Made by a program: the position numbers and the translations under genes. Below are positions 36,014 to 49,879 of a stretch of 63,555 bases of DNA, piece after piece. Numbering within the stretch: the stretch's first letter is position 1; each line of letters opens with the position of its first letter. The notes under the pieces are model-generated. The model saw nothing but the letters and a program-made list of their open reading frames with translations. It ran no database searches and had not been told where the DNA came from. Source of the stretch: Hydrolagus affinis (taxonomy: Eukaryota). The stretch lies in contig JAAILG010000211.1 in the NCBI GenBank assembly GCA_012026655.1, positions 62,001 through 125,555 on the forward strand. The letters run 5' to 3'.

Positions 36014-36614
36014 AAGTGCACGAATGGTACAAAACAGTAAAACAAATTAACTGTATATTCATGATGTCCAAAGAGTGTCTTTAATCCTTGGTTTAACCAC
36101 AGGGCTGAAGGTACTTCAAGCAGCATCATTATGGATTGATAATTTCCCCCTTCTTTGATACTGTGTAAGTAGCCGATTTTATTTTACAAAAAATCCAACA
36201 AATTCATAATTAAATGGATTCAATGTTTTTTGTTCAGAATTGACAGTATTTTGCAAATATTTAATCAAGTGGTGCAGGAATTTGAAAATGATCAATGTAC
36301 TCCAGACTGAAATCCTGGTTGATCAAAGGATACCCCCAATTCGATGGACAAAGTCAACGTGGATAGGGATGTGAAAACAAATGAACCTATTTTTCCTATA
36401 GGCAGCAGCACCAGCCATTTTAGACAGTCAGTCTGCTGACACTTACAGATCAGAGAAATAGCAGAGTTTTGTTTCATCTGCTTTACCGCTATTACAGGCC
36501 ACTTGTTCAATTTCAAGTCTACATCTGGGCTGGCCAATAGTCTGGAAATGTTCCAAATGAAATTGGTGCACTGTAACCTAAGGGTGTCGTGATTACAATG
36601 CACTTCAACAAATC

Positions 36615-36870
36615 ATTGGAGAATAATAAAACAGAACAGCTGAAATACTTTGGCCACATATGAATTCTAGAACAATTCTGAGTTTCTCATTACATAAGTA
36701 AAAAAGGAGGCAGTCAACAAACTGGAAGAAGGTATAACTACTAAATAAATGATGTTACTGGGAAATATAAATAGTATAAGGAATATCAAGATTGTCAGTA
36801 TGGCTCAATAGGTGTAGTTTGACAATAGTTTGTCATGGTGATCTCAACTAGGCCATTATGAACTGTTCGA
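36615..36870 (+). mobile_element. Probable RTE-clade LINE 3' remnant
   Basis: cagctgaaatactttggccacata = QLKYFGHI (RTE ORF C-terminal LxYFGH motif), with a degenerate atggctcaatagg (AQDR-like) motif downstream. Confidence 0.5.
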
Positions 36871-37077
36871 TAATTCTAAAAATTCTGATCTGAATTATCA
36901 CTCTTTTCACAATCTACATATGGTATTCAGACATACTAGAGGTTTTTTTTTAATGCTATTGTATTGACTTACCATATATTTTATTCCTTAACTATTCTAA
37001 CATTACAGGGTCATTTTTTTTAGGCAATGATATGAAGCCTTCTTGATAACATCGATTATTGTACAGTATCTAACAAC

Positions 37078-37142
37078 TTACAACAACAATAACTTGCATT
37101 TATATAGTGCCCTTCATGCTAGTCGACATCTCAAAGTGCTTG
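37078..37142 (-). mobile_element. SINE/L2-type 3' tail
   Basis: caacaacaataacttgcatttatatagtgcccttcatg...gacatctcaaagtgctt. Confidence 0.7.
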
Positions 37143-37469
37143 AAATTCATGAATAGCATCGTGAATTTTACCATACAGGGGTTATCTGAAAAGCAATGGC
37201 ATGATTTGGTTATTTCCTCTTTATGGTATATTCCACATTCTGAATTGGTTTCAGAAGTTCTGTACTTGATGGAAAGCTTGTTGCATGACCTTCTCTTCTC
37301 TCTGCAATCTCGAACAATGTTTGTTACCTACTCTCTATGGAATTGACTGTGAAGTAACACCATGCTATGCCCATTCTAAAGGTAACTGGGTGAGAACAAG
37401 TAAGCATATTCCTATATACTTGTGCTTGTGCAGGTAGTTCAATCTCATCCAAGCATTCCCGATTGTTTT

Positions 37470-37660
37470 CTACGGTCTTCTGCTAGAATGTACACATATG
37501 TGGACATTGGGTGAGGACAAGAAGGGCTTGAATTTTATTTTCCTCCTCCCTCTCCAAACTGTCAAATAGCCAAGTGACATTCACTGTTCAGGCTCGAACA
37601 TAAAGAATGACCATTTGTGCTCAGTGCTGGATGGCAACAGAACCCCATCTAACAACACAC
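37470..37660 (+). mobile_element. Ancient interspersed-repeat fragment (unassigned)
   Basis: tgtggacattgggtgaggacaag...gtcaaatagcc...cactgttcaggctc...aagaatgaccatttg resembles a repeat I recall from cartilaginous fish. From recall only. Confidence 0.3.
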
Positions 37661-40124
37661 CGCAAGTCACTGTACGACCATGAGTGTAGAACCAAAGCAA
37701 CTGGCATCAGTTAAAACACTGACAGCAGAGCTGTTGAAAGAAGCTGGGGCTTTCAATTAAAGTCAATTCATGGGAAGTTTCCCAAATTTCATTCGAGATT
37801 GTTTGATTTGTGGTGGTGTGTATCTTTGTTCTGATAACCTTGTGGTGCAAAGAAATTGGAAACGCTGTCAATTTCTAAAAACATTGGGATTTTTTCCAAA
37901 TGTAGCAAAAAGCTAATCGGATTTGAAACCATTGCAAATGACACCGCAGGGACCAGTAAAGTAGCTATATGTACTGTGTTGTAGCAACTGCAGCTGACAG
38001 CAAAACATCTTGGCATATTCATCAAGAAGTCTCAAGCTAGCACTTACCCGAAATGCAGCCAAAATTACCAATGACTGTAACCCATGACAACATAGCCTGT
38101 GTGCTCTATTCTCTGCTTCATAAAGCGAGAACTACAAATGCAAATGTAAGAAGCTTTTACCTTGCATGAGAATTGTATATTCTGTGACACTTAAGTCAAA
38201 GAAACTGCAATTATCGTGACCGCATTTAAGCAGACAGCACCTAATTAGTTACCATTTATTAGACTGAGGGTGTAAGACAAGAAAACACAGACCCTGCTTA
38301 TTATTTAAAGGCAAATACACCAGAAGCATAGGTTTTCAATGCCAGATAAACACATAAGGCAAGGACACTCACTTGACCTTTAATACGAAATGGTGTACAA
38401 ACTGTGCTCCGTCACCTCTTAATTGCTTCCTTATTATATTTTTTTCAGTCTGTTAATTGCTAGACCGAATGAAAGAAGTGTTTTTAGTGAGAGGAAGTGC
38501 CTCAGCATGGGAGAGGATCACAGAAGGAGAATAAGGGAGTGGCTGGAGGTCGATGCAACAAGAAGCTTTGGTGTATCCTACTGCGGCATTCCTTAGAGAA
38601 TCGCACTGTGGGACAAACCAAGATTTTAAATGATATTCAGTGTATGGAGGCAGCCATACGCAGCAAACATCTGTCATCAACAGTGAGGCAGCAATTAACT
38701 CTTTAGAAGATAGTCATTTCCAAGATGTAAAACCATTGATACTGTCAGCTGAAGTAGTGAATGGCCAATACAACTCAAGCATTCTGAATTAGCCCGGGAT
38801 TTATAATTTCATAGGATGAATAAATTGGTACAATTGTTTATTATTTATTCATTTATTATTTTCAAACCAGTTTCATGCCAAAATAGGAAAAAAAAAGTTT
38901 AACCTAAGGGTATTTGAATATACTGATACGAGGAAACAAAACATTATTTTGCATGGGACAAAAAGTGGAGAAAAAACTTAAAAAGCTTTGATAGAAGTGA
39001 CAATCTGCTTGGTTTAAACCAATATTATTTAACAGCAAGGCAAGAAGCAGCAGAAAGTAACAAAACTATTAGCAGCAAATCTTTCTGATGTTCCTGTAAT
39101 GAGAATGTTATAGTTCTGGTTGAAATTATTGGATCGAAGAACTCATCTATTGTTACTAAAGGCCATGCACTATGAATGAAAATATCTTGTGAATTGTATC
39201 ACAGTTTTAAGCAACAGTAGAAGTGTTTGCAAATATACTAACACATTTGCAAAACTGAATTTTTCAATAATTGTTGCATTTGTTTAGCATAATTGTATAT
39301 AGAAAATTGCTTCATTTACATTCCAACCTTTGAAATCTTGAAAACAAAGCCTCTCATTTGTTTCTTCTTTTAGCTAAATGATTGTCTGATTACACTTAAC
39401 TGCTATTAATGTAGTTTGCTCTATATTCACTCAGGAAAGATTCCGCTCTATTATGTGCCTTCTTCATGCCAGCAATACTCATTTGATGTTACAGAAGATG
39501 AAACACTTAATAGTCTTTCCAGAGAATTAACATTTTCTGTCATCTTCCCTTAGCATGTGAATGTTAAAGATATTGAATAGAAACAGTCTAATTTTTTTTG
39601 TGTAAACTTGGCTAATCTACACAGCAAAAAAGCTTAGGCACAGCAAAATCCTTCCCAACCAGGTCCAGTATTTGGACTCACTGATTTAGCTCATTTATAC
39701 CTCAGTTGACTCCAGTAGATTCACTTCAGATGCCAATCTTAAACCACATTGTTGATTCTCCTATAAATCTGGCTCTTTTACATCTGATTGAAAGGGTTGG
39801 AAGCACAAACAACTCAATGACAGCAACGCATCATACTCCCAATTTATACTGTACTTGTATTCAGACTTGTGATGAGGTCTCAGAAAGGAGGCAGACTGGA
39901 AATTTTAAAATGTCCTTGAATCTCTAAACCTGAGCCAGAACCAAAGATGAAGATTAGTTGTTAAAGATTAGTTGTGTCTCTCTAAGAGAACCCATGAAAA
40001 AGATCACAGTACGTTACTTCAATAAGGTTGTGATACAGTACCATAGAAATTAGATAACTATAGAAGAAATACAACATTTTTACTTGAATGATTTGGGAAG
40101 ATGAGAATTACAATATAAGGCTTC

Positions 40125-40250
40125 CAATTTTTCTGCCCAGAGTTGTAGAGATGTGGATATACTCTTAGAAAAAGATGTTAATTTTATGCCAACTTATATC
40201 CTTTAAAAGGAGTTGGATAAATGGTTAGTTAGGAAGATTTCTGAGGATGA
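40125..40250 (+). mobile_element. Decayed CR1 3' fragment
   Basis: cagagttgtagagatgtgg...tcctttaaaaggagttggataaatgg (RVV..W...FK.ELD.W-like). Confidence 0.5.
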
Positions 40251-42769
40251 GTGTAAGTAAAGTTAATTTAATCCAGTGAGATGTGTGATGCTGCCTGTAC
40301 CCGAGAATCATTGAAATGTCAGTGCAAGGAAGAAAATGAGTGAGGTAAATCATACAGGATAAGTAAAGCCAATAATGCGCACAAGATGATGGTATCTAGT
40401 GCAGCTCTGGTTGGGGGGAGATTAATGTTTACTGTGGAAGATAACACACCAATCCTAAAGTATCGAAGTGTGGTGTAAAAACAAATTGCGCAAAAATCAA
40501 GAACTTCTTTTTCCACCTCCAAAATATTGAGGGTAGAGTCCATGATAGATAGAATGGGTTTTGCAATGGTCTGTGTCCTTGTCTTGATAAATACTCATTC
40601 TAACCCATTACATTGAAATTCATTTTTGGACAGAATAAATATTGGTTGCATTTTTGTAATAACCCTTTAAAAAATAGTGAATGATTCATTCTTATGGCAG
40701 TAATGTAAATATGCACATGAACTGTGGTGCTTTTTTGCAGATTTAGGGTAGATTCTGGTAATTGCTATGAAATGTGACTAGAATGAAAAGAATCCACTGA
40801 ATTATAATAGTCATTGAAAGAGTAATTATTGCTTCTCCTTTCTGCTGGAATAATATAATAGCACTTCATACTGTCTTTGTAAAGGTCGTGAAGTTCAAGG
40901 ATTTAATACAAATCTAGGAATCGCAAGAAGCAATGATAAACATTGACTATTTATCATATTCCTTTTTGGGAAAGCATTTGTAATACATAATGAAATATTG
41001 CAGGATATTTTGTGAGAGTATTCATTCTTTTTTGATGCAAATAATATAGCTTGGCAATGTAAAGAAGAATTGGGTTTCAAACCAAATATTTAACCGAATG
41101 GTGTAATGCTTTTCATTATTATTTCAATAAGTTAGGGTCAGTCAGAATGAAACCTTTACTTTTAATCATTTTGTTATGGTGGAGTTTATGAAAGTTAGCC
41201 AAGTAACTTCACATCGCTCGAGATGAGTGATTAGATGCAAAAAGTAATTTCATTTAGAAATTACGGTTGTTTTGTGAACAGTTATCAGAACCGCTTCATT
41301 ATTGCCTGTAGGATTAAAGCAGAAAGAACAGGGCACATGACCTTATAATGTACTATAATTGCCTCCCTATTGCGGTGGCTATCACCCATATTCAGCTCTT
41401 AGTCAAGGAACTACTGTGTCCAATTGCTATCAGTCTTAACAGCAAGTAAACAAAACGTGACCATGTATAAGCAGTATGTTGAGACAACTTTGCATCTTAA
41501 CATTGAACGTATTATTTTTAAAATATTATTATATTATGTTAAAAATAAAACCGTGAAAAGAAATGCAAAATGAAATACTGTTAAAAATTAAATATCCAGT
41601 ATTACTTTTATTAAATGCAAAATAGTGTTTGATACTCACTAAATATTCACCCCAAAATGCCATCGTAAAAAACGATTATGGCAAGTATTTCCTTGTAATG
41701 TTTATCAGCCAAGGTTTCGTAATAGGGAAACAATATACTGGATTATCTATAATTGTTCTTTGAGAAACTTTGCTAACAATAGTTTAATCATAATTTAGCC
41801 TCCCAATAATCAGGTGAGTAAGGCTATAATCCAGTATAGCATCAAGTCTTGGAGTGTAGAAATGGACTCTTGGGTCCCAGTCCTGTGTCTGATCTCAGCG
41901 AGTGCATCAGTTGTAGAAGTAATAATCGCTGTGTGCAACTAGGACCAGGATCAAGTTATCAGTAATGCCCTTTATAGTCAAATATCTTTTGGAGGGAATG
42001 TAAGCAGAGTCTCCTTGGAGCTGAATTGGCTTGAAGGTTACAAGCTTGGCAAAGTAATATTGGAACCAAATAAAGATTTTGTAGCGGTCTCGGTACTCTG
42101 GTTCCCGAGCTTGCCAGAAATTGTGTTTAATAACAAGCTATGCAATTTTAGCTGGTTAAATTCCAGCATTACCTACACACACACACACTGAGGTCCATAC
42201 ACAGTGTTTTATGCCTATCTGTTCCTAATAATAGAATTAAGTAAACAGGATGCATCCTTCTGAGTGTGCATTCCATTCCAGACACAATAATTTCCTTGTA
42301 TAGGTGGCTTGCATGTAACTCTCAGTCTGATTTGGATAGTTCTGAAGCAAGGTGATAGGTTTTTACATCAGACAGCGATAAAAACAATAGTTAAATAGAC
42401 AACCAATACTTATCTTAGCCCCAAACATGAAGAATGGCAATTTTGTAAGGTACTGGAGATAAGACAGTAGGCAGCATCAATCTGTGTCATCAGTCCAATG
42501 GGGAAAATTAACAAAGTTCCTAATAACATTTTTTAAAAATAGAGAATTATAGTAATGTCCTATAAGTTGTAACCAATTTCGTTTTACATTTACCTTCTAT
42601 TAATCCATAAAAGACACTTTAATCGCTCTGTCATGTTATATTTTTAATGTTTCTCCCACCATTTACTGAGTAGGCAAGAATGATCTTGGTTCCACATTTC
42701 CCACAGTCACTATCAAGAAGATTCTGTGCAGTTTGAAACGTTTCCTTCCCTCCTCCAACAGAGGACTCT

Positions 42770-42858
42770 AACGTCCCACCCAGTATGCTCAGGTCCATTA
42801 CTGCTCAGTACCTTGGGACGTCCTCCCAATGTAAAAGGTGCATTGCAAATTAATTTTG
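42770..42858 (+). mobile_element. Short L2 3' tail
   Basis: gctcaggtcc...cagtaccttgggacgtcctcccaatgtaaaaggtgcattgcaaattaattttg. Confidence 0.75.
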
Positions 42859-43803
42859 CATTATGTATTATAAAAGAAGACTCCACTTCTAATGATTCTT
42901 GGTAAAAGCTCACACTATGTGGAGAGATAAGTTAAAACAGCTGTGATTTAAAACTTCCTGACATCTGGTTGAGTGTTCAGTACAGTTTCATTATAGTTGT
43001 ATAGATTTGCCTTGAATTGAATGCCAAAGAAAGCAATATTTTTGTTGTGTTTTGATAATAAGAAAAATCCCGTCATGTAAAGGTCACAAAAGTTCACTAT
43101 TTGCCAGAAGTGGAACCAGTGTTTAAATAGTAAATTTTATCCTTTCCACAATTTTCTGGTCCCTCGTCTCAATGAAGCTAACACGGGGACTATTTTTCAA
43201 CAACACCACCTGAAAAATAATATGTGCTGCCCAGCTCTACTCTTCATAGCTCTATTCCGAAGACTTGAATCTTATTTCAAACGTGTCTGCATTTTGCTTT
43301 GGTATCCTGCTTATAACACAGCTGGGAAGCTCATTATAGCAAAACTATAAATATACTTCTGAACACAATGACCATGTAATGGTTTAAATGTGCAGGAAGG
43401 AAATCGCTCCCACTTTTATTTTCATAAGTGGTTGACACAATTATTAGGTGTGAGTCAGCCATGTTTCTTATTTTGCGTTTTTTTTAATAGGTGTAATTAC
43501 ACATATTTTGCACTAGATGGTATGCTTGACTGCAGTTAACTGTAACTAGCCCATTGGGAATGTTTCATTGGGAATGACAGCCACTCCAAACAGCCCTTGT
43601 GACATTTACCTCAAATAATGAGGATCCCTAATTGGGGTATTTGTGTTCCCAGAAGCGCTGAGGATTAACTCGTGTCTCAAACATCCTTCAATGGAGAGCT
43701 TGATTATTGTTCCTACTGTACTGGTTAACGGGTTAAGAGATCTTCATCACAGATGTGCAAATCTTCAAATATTTATTGAAGTGACACTGAACTGAAGTTC
43801 ATT

Positions 43804-43830
43804 CACACACACATATATATATATATATAT
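43804..43830. repeat. (CA)n(TA)n compound microsatellite
   Basis: cacacacacatatatatatatatatat. Confidence 0.9.
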
Positions 43831-43942
43831 TCATAACTTGCATATTAATTAAAGCAATATTGAATATGAAACATACTGCCAACCCATGGTCATTTCAATT
43901 TTGTAATTTTATGCAAGGAATTCTTTTTCTAATATTGTGCTT

Positions 43943-44150
43943 CAACAAAAGAAGTTGCATTTTATTTTGATCATCTCCTATCAGTCACAAAGCATTTCAC
44001 AGATCATTATTGCCAAGTGTGGTGATTGTAATTGTAGATAAACGCTGCAGCCATTCGTACAGCAGGGTCCCACAAGCACCCGTGAATTGAATGACCAATT
44101 AATTTGGAGAATTATTGACCACGACATCAGGAGAAACTCCCTCCTTTTTT
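43943..44150 (-). mobile_element. Old DeuSINE-like 3' two-thirds
   Basis: aagttgcattt...aaacgctgcagccatt...cagcagggtcccacaagcac...gaatgacc...gacatcaggagaaactccct. Confidence 0.65.
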
Positions 44151-45629
44151 GTATTGTATCCTCTAAATCTCATTGCCACCAGAAATCTATCTAATTCCCT
44201 CTCAAATCTACCCACATTATGCAACTCCTCTTTTGGTTCATTCATATACCTCTGTAAGCACTAAATTTAATATCATATGCTGTATCGCAGAAAATGTAAC
44301 CAATTTGCATCAGAAATAGAGTCTACTAGATAAAGATCAACCTGATTTTCTAGTCATGTCATTATTTTATGAAAATGACAACCTCACTTCATATTGTTTG
44401 AAGTTAATGATAGACCATGCACCTTGAAGATTGACTCAGAGACAAATAAGAATGTTATGGTCATCATGGGTTATTGCGGATGTTTCCACCATTGGTGTGG
44501 ACAAAATCTGCATTTTGTAATGTAGGAATAGCAAAAGGCCCTTTCCTTCTGCAAAGACAAGCAATAAATAAAGCCACATCAACTGCTTTTTGATATACCA
44601 GTGTTTTTTTCTGTACTTAAATAAGAACATTGTGAAGAAACAATCAATACATAATTTCACTACTTTTGTCAATCCACACACAAGAGCAAGACAAAGAAAG
44701 AAGGCTTAAACATTTTCAGAAGTCTAGGTCAAGTACTGTACCAAGAGCTTTGACAGAGTTCTAAAGATTCATCCCAAATGGGAAGGGTATTGCCAAGTGT
44801 CCTGATCCGGTCCTACGTTTTAATGTAAACCTTCATTAAAAAGCCTTCTATCCAGATCAAATCACTCAAGAAAAATCTTTACATAAATTGAATATGAAAC
44901 ATCAATTACCACACCATGGGAACCGTAGTACTGTATTAGATTGGCAACAAAGCTCTTTGCGTTGTTCTGGTACATTTGGTGTCAAAACAGATTTAGCTCA
45001 ATGGCAAGTGAACTGCAAACTGATTTGACACCAGGTAGCAAAATAAAAAGCAAATGAAGCACATGTTGACCTTGATATGAATGTTGAGTATAACTAAAGC
45101 TTAGAATAGTTTCAAAACCTTACATACCATCTGATCATACCACAAATTAAGGGGTGAAGTATACATTCATAATCCAATTTAGTTTGATCATCATAAATTT
45201 GATGAAGATATGATTCCTTTAGTAATCTCATACAAATTGATCTTCTATTCACCTTTTGCAACAATATCAAAGGAAAGATACGTTTGACTCTTGGATTTCA
45301 ATTCTATGATATGGAAAGGTCGATTTCAACTGTAGCTGCATCATTAATCTTGAAACAGAGATAGATGTCATTTTCTGTGTGGATCAGATCATCTTTTTTG
45401 GAGGTTAAACCTGAGGGGTCTGATAGATAAAAACATCTTAAATTATTTGTTTTTCGTCGTCTGTTACTAAACTGTTAGACACAATTAAACCATGAGTTGA
45501 GGTGTATATCAGTCATTAGTAGGGATTTGTCTCATGCTTGAAAATTTCTAATAAAACACTTATGTTGTAATCGGTTAGTTATACAAAAGAAAAATACATT
45601 TAGATTGCTCTAGTTGGGATATTTCATTA

Positions 45630-45952
45630 TAATAATACTAATAATCCTTGCATTTGACATAGCGCTTTTTACGTCTTCTAAACGTCTCAAAGCGTTTCAC
45701 AGAATATACTGTAAAGTGAATTCACCATATACATGTGGCCAAAATGCAGCAGCCAATTGTGGACATCAGTGTCCCACAAACAGGCATGGATTGAGATGAC
45801 CAATTTATTGTTTTTTAAGGGATTATTATCAGGTGTATGGAGTAAGGAAACTTACCCAAGGTCTCGCCCTGCCTGGAATCGAACTCAGGTTTCTTGCTTG
45901 TAAGGCGAATCACCTAACCACTGAGTTACAGGACTTCACTGAGCTATCGGAC
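45630..45952 (-). mobile_element. Full-length young tRNA-SINE with a duplicated 5' tip
   Basis: Tail aataatccttgcatttgacatagcgc through head ggaatcgaactcagg...cttgtaaggcg...taaccactgagttacaggact, then a second cactgagctatcggac. Confidence 0.92.
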
Positions 45953-46376
45953 GTCTAATGTTATTTGTTATAGGAATATAGATGTTATATGCTAAAGCCT
46001 TCATGGAATAGTTTTCAGTATTCTTTATCACAGATTCCTCTCCTGATTTGTCTTCTCTTGTCAAAAGACCTGAAGAGTTACACAGCAGGGAATAGTTTTA
46101 CTGACGAAGTGAAGGAAACTATCTCAGTTCTTTAAGTTTAAAGGGATCGGATTATCTCCAGAATTCAGCTTGCATATGAAATGTAGAGTTCAAATTTCAA
46201 ACAGTGATGATTGCAATGAGTGTTATGATCACAGGTATATGTAAGAATCATGCAGTGTGTCTTTAGTTTCCCTTATAGTCATAAATACAAAGAGTTGTGG
46301 CACTAAAACTGTACAGCCTGTTGGAGTTCAAATGTGGCGTGCCATGAATTAATTATACTTGAACACGGATGTGTAC

Positions 46377-47275
46377 ATGTACACGGATGACATCCAACTC
46401 TATTTCTCCACTTCACTTTGTGACCCCAGTCCCCTGATGTTCTGTCAGCCTGCCTGTCAGACATCAGGAGCTGGATGGACGCAAATTTCTTGTAGCTGAA
46501 TTTGACAAGACGGAGGCCATACTCTTTGGCTCCAGTCAACGTCTCCATTCGCACGGCTCCCACCTTCTCGGCCTGCCCCTAAAACTCTCTGAGCCTGTGC
46601 GCAACCTAGGCGTCAGGTTCGACCTCAAACTGTCCTTCCTCCCCCACATCTGGTCCCTCACCAGCAGTGCCTTCTACCACCTCCGACAGATCGCCCGTCT
46701 CAAGGAGTACCTCACCCCAAAAGCCGCTGAAATCTTGGTCCACGCCTTTGCCACCTCTCTGCTGGACTACCGCAACACCCTCCTCGCCGGGCTCCCCACC
46801 ACCACAATCCACAAAATCCAGCTAATTCAAAACTCTGCCGCCCGCATACTCATCTGCACCAAGCTTTGCTCCCCCATTACACCAGTCCTTGCCAGACTTC
46901 ACTGGCTTCCTGTCCCTGAGAGGATCAACTTCAAGATCCTCACCCTTGTTTTCAAGTCCCTCCACTCTTCTGCACCCGCTGCCTTCGCTCCACCAGGTCT
47001 GGCCTCCTCCAGGTCCCCCAAATCCTCCGCTCCACCCTCGACGGCTGTGCCTTCAGCCACTGTGCCGCAGGGCTCTGGAACTCTCTTCCTCACTCCCTTT
47101 GCCTCGCCCCCTCTCTTCCCAGTTTCAGGTCATAGTTAAAGACCTTTTTCTTCGACCGCGCCTTTGGTCACCTTTCTACCCCTGCCCCTGGCTCGGTCCC
47201 GCGATCCACTATTGTGAAGCACTCTGCGATGCCGTCCGGCGTGGAGAGCGCTATATAAATCAAAGTTGTTGCTGT
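46377..47275 (+). mobile_element. L2 LINE, 5'-truncated at the RT catalytic motif (second subfamily)
   Basis: Begins MYTDDIQLYFS (YADD-equivalent), then LSACLSDIRSWMDANFL*LN, RNLGVRFDLKLSF, QLIQNSAARIL, LHWLPVPERINFKIL. Tail gtgaagcactctgcgatgccgtccggcgtggagagcgctatataaatcaaagttgttg. In-frame stop and frameshifts show it is inactive. Confidence 0.95.
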
Positions 47276-49768
47276 GTACTTATAGTTTAATATATGATTT
47301 AATTCCTGATCTCAAACATAGTTAGGGCAGGTGCAGGATGTGGTAAAATCAAGTGGAGGCTGTTGGAAGTGGAACTGAAGATAATTCCTATCCTATCTTG
47401 GAGCTTATCACTCTGAGCCAGAGTCATTTTCGAACATTGGGGCTGCTCAGAGACAGACCGTAGTCCTCTTCAGTGATCAGGGATTTCCTCTCCCAGCTCC
47501 GCTTTAAGAAATGAGGTGTAGATAGATTTGAACGGGGTATAAGCACCCACCCCTCAAGCACTAGTCACCCACTACTAGCAGGAAAGGTCAAAGTAGGAAC
47601 TATGTGACCAAAATTGTGGCATGTAGCTGGTGATTGTATCACCTTTGCTAATCAACACATGATTTTAATCATTTTTTGACCAAATTATTTGCTCAATATA
47701 ATTATCACTGATGATATCTAATGCTATAATTTGGATTGTTTGACATTTCGCAACTGAATAGAATGGGTAATGCACACCAAACCTATGGACTGATTCGTAT
47801 TCCTCTCGGGCAATTAACTGGAGAGGAGAATGAAAGAATGAGATATGCCCAAAGCTGTGGGTTGCTCAAATGTTAGAAACAGCTGGATTCTTTATGGTCT
47901 TCCCTTAAAGATGGCATAGAAATAAAGCTTTGTGAAAAATTAATTGTGTAGTCTCCATATTTTTGTCACAACCCATTTTACCCCTTTGATCAAACTTGAA
48001 CATTGTTTCAAAGCTCACAAAACGATTTCAAAGCAAGCCTGGAACCAAAGACCTAATCCTTCCTCATAAGAAGAATTATTGAGATGCACCTGCTGAGGAT
48101 ACCTGGTTGGAATTTTTCAAAGCGTTTTTTTTAAATATATTATTTTAACTCATGTACGCATGTTCAGAAGCCAAGGGAGACGAGGCTGCAATTCAGAATG
48201 ACACGGCAGCTTTCCTTGTAATTATTCTCAGATGCCAGCTAGTATTTCCGATTTATCTCTCAGCACCCTTTGTTGTTCTGCTAACTGAAGCAAAACTCCA
48301 CCAATAAACATTTGTATCTGGGCAGCACATAATAGGTAAGGTCTATGACCTGAAGATAAATGGACATGAATAGAGTTCCAGAGTTTAATGGATTACAGAG
48401 CTGATTTTCGTGAGTTACTTATTGGTGCATCGTTACATTAGTTACTTGCTATATCGTGTGATATTAACCCCCAAGAAATATGAGCTGCATGAAGCATCAT
48501 GATTGATGTCTGCCACGGTACTTGCTGCTAAGCAAGAAAATCCCCACCAACTCCACAATGTATATTGGAATTTAATTTATCTAACTGGAAGACAGTGTTA
48601 ACAGGCAAGGAGAAATAATAGCGATGAGAAGAATCTTTCATGATCTTAGCTTTAAAACTGTGGTAACTTGAGAGTGAGGGAAGTTTTAGAAAGTTATTAA
48701 TTTTTAGAAAAGGTTTAGAAGCCAGATGTGCCTGCTTTGATTATGGATTGCTTGAAATGAGACTGGAATCAGACTCTGGATTAGTCATACAAATAAATAT
48801 ATGGGTGGGGGGAAGGAAAGTGAAGTATGTGCAGTATTTGCCTTTTCCTACCCTCCTATCCTCCCCCCCCCCAGTCCCTCCCCCCAAAAAAGTACAAAGA
48901 TATTCAATGTGTCAGAAATATTTACAACAATAAACAGTATCCAAGTATAATTTTATGGTTAAAAAATATTGACAATTCAGTGCCATGTAATATACCTGTG
49001 AATTATCTAAATGAAGCCTATTTTTGACATTCACCATTCCCAAAGGATGTTGTACTTACTTTCAATTTATAGATATATTATCAGCTGTTCTGAAGAATCA
49101 CCAGTATAGCATTTCCTCTTTCAATTGCTTTGAAATGGTGTAGGATGTGTTGAGAAAAAAAAATGAAAGCTGCCTTTACACACACACTGACACAAAGAGC
49201 AAAGCAAACCATAGATTTCATCTCTTTCTTGCTGGTGAAACAGATGGTGTTTTATACTGAATACAATTGCAACCGTTCACCATCAGAATATACTAACCTT
49301 CACCACCTGTGTGAAACTAATCAGAGCCTAATGAACACTTTTTGAGCTGTCTGGATTGCATTAATCCCAGTAGGACCTGGCCTTCAGGTACATGGCAAAC
49401 TCAAAGGACTGTGCAAGCAGTGAAAAAACAAGAGACATTTAGACACTGTGCCTAATTAAATAAAACATATTATTCTGAAAGGTTTTTCCTTCCACTTGTA
49501 CTTTAAGAAGGTGTTTTATAACAGTGACATGCACCAAATGAGTAGTGGAGAACACTTAATGCTTAACACACACGGAAAGTATGAAACCTAACTAAATGGA
49601 GTTCATTGGATGGGATTATGCGCTTACATTCATTTGTGTTTTTCATTACAACCTCTACCTGGTTACTTTTCTTCCAGATGTAAAGGTGACATTAATGCAT
49701 TAGAATGAGAAAATGCAACAAGCTATAATAATGTTACAAATTCTTCTTGCAAATTATCTGCTTTTTAA

Positions 49769-49850
49769 AAATAATAATAATCCTTGCATTTGAAATAACA
49801 TTTTTCACGTCTTCTAGACATCTCAAAGCGCTTCAAAGAATATATTGTTG
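49769..49850 (-). mobile_element. Young SINE 3' tail
   Basis: ataataataatccttgcatttgaaataacatttttcacgtcttctagacatctcaaagcgcttc. Confidence 0.85.
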
Positions 49851-49879
49851 GCAAAATACACACATATTTGTACTTTATA

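Noticed and set aside
39950-39976. Small tandem duplications (aagattagttg x2; similarly 16482-16504 and 18797-18838)
   Set aside because: Ordinary slippage-scale duplications with no sign of function.
46597-47139. 180-aa ORF as a functional or domesticated RT
   Set aside because: It is an L2 ORF2 C-terminal remnant with a non-ATG start, an upstream in-frame stop, frameshifts and no endonuclease or N-terminal RT.
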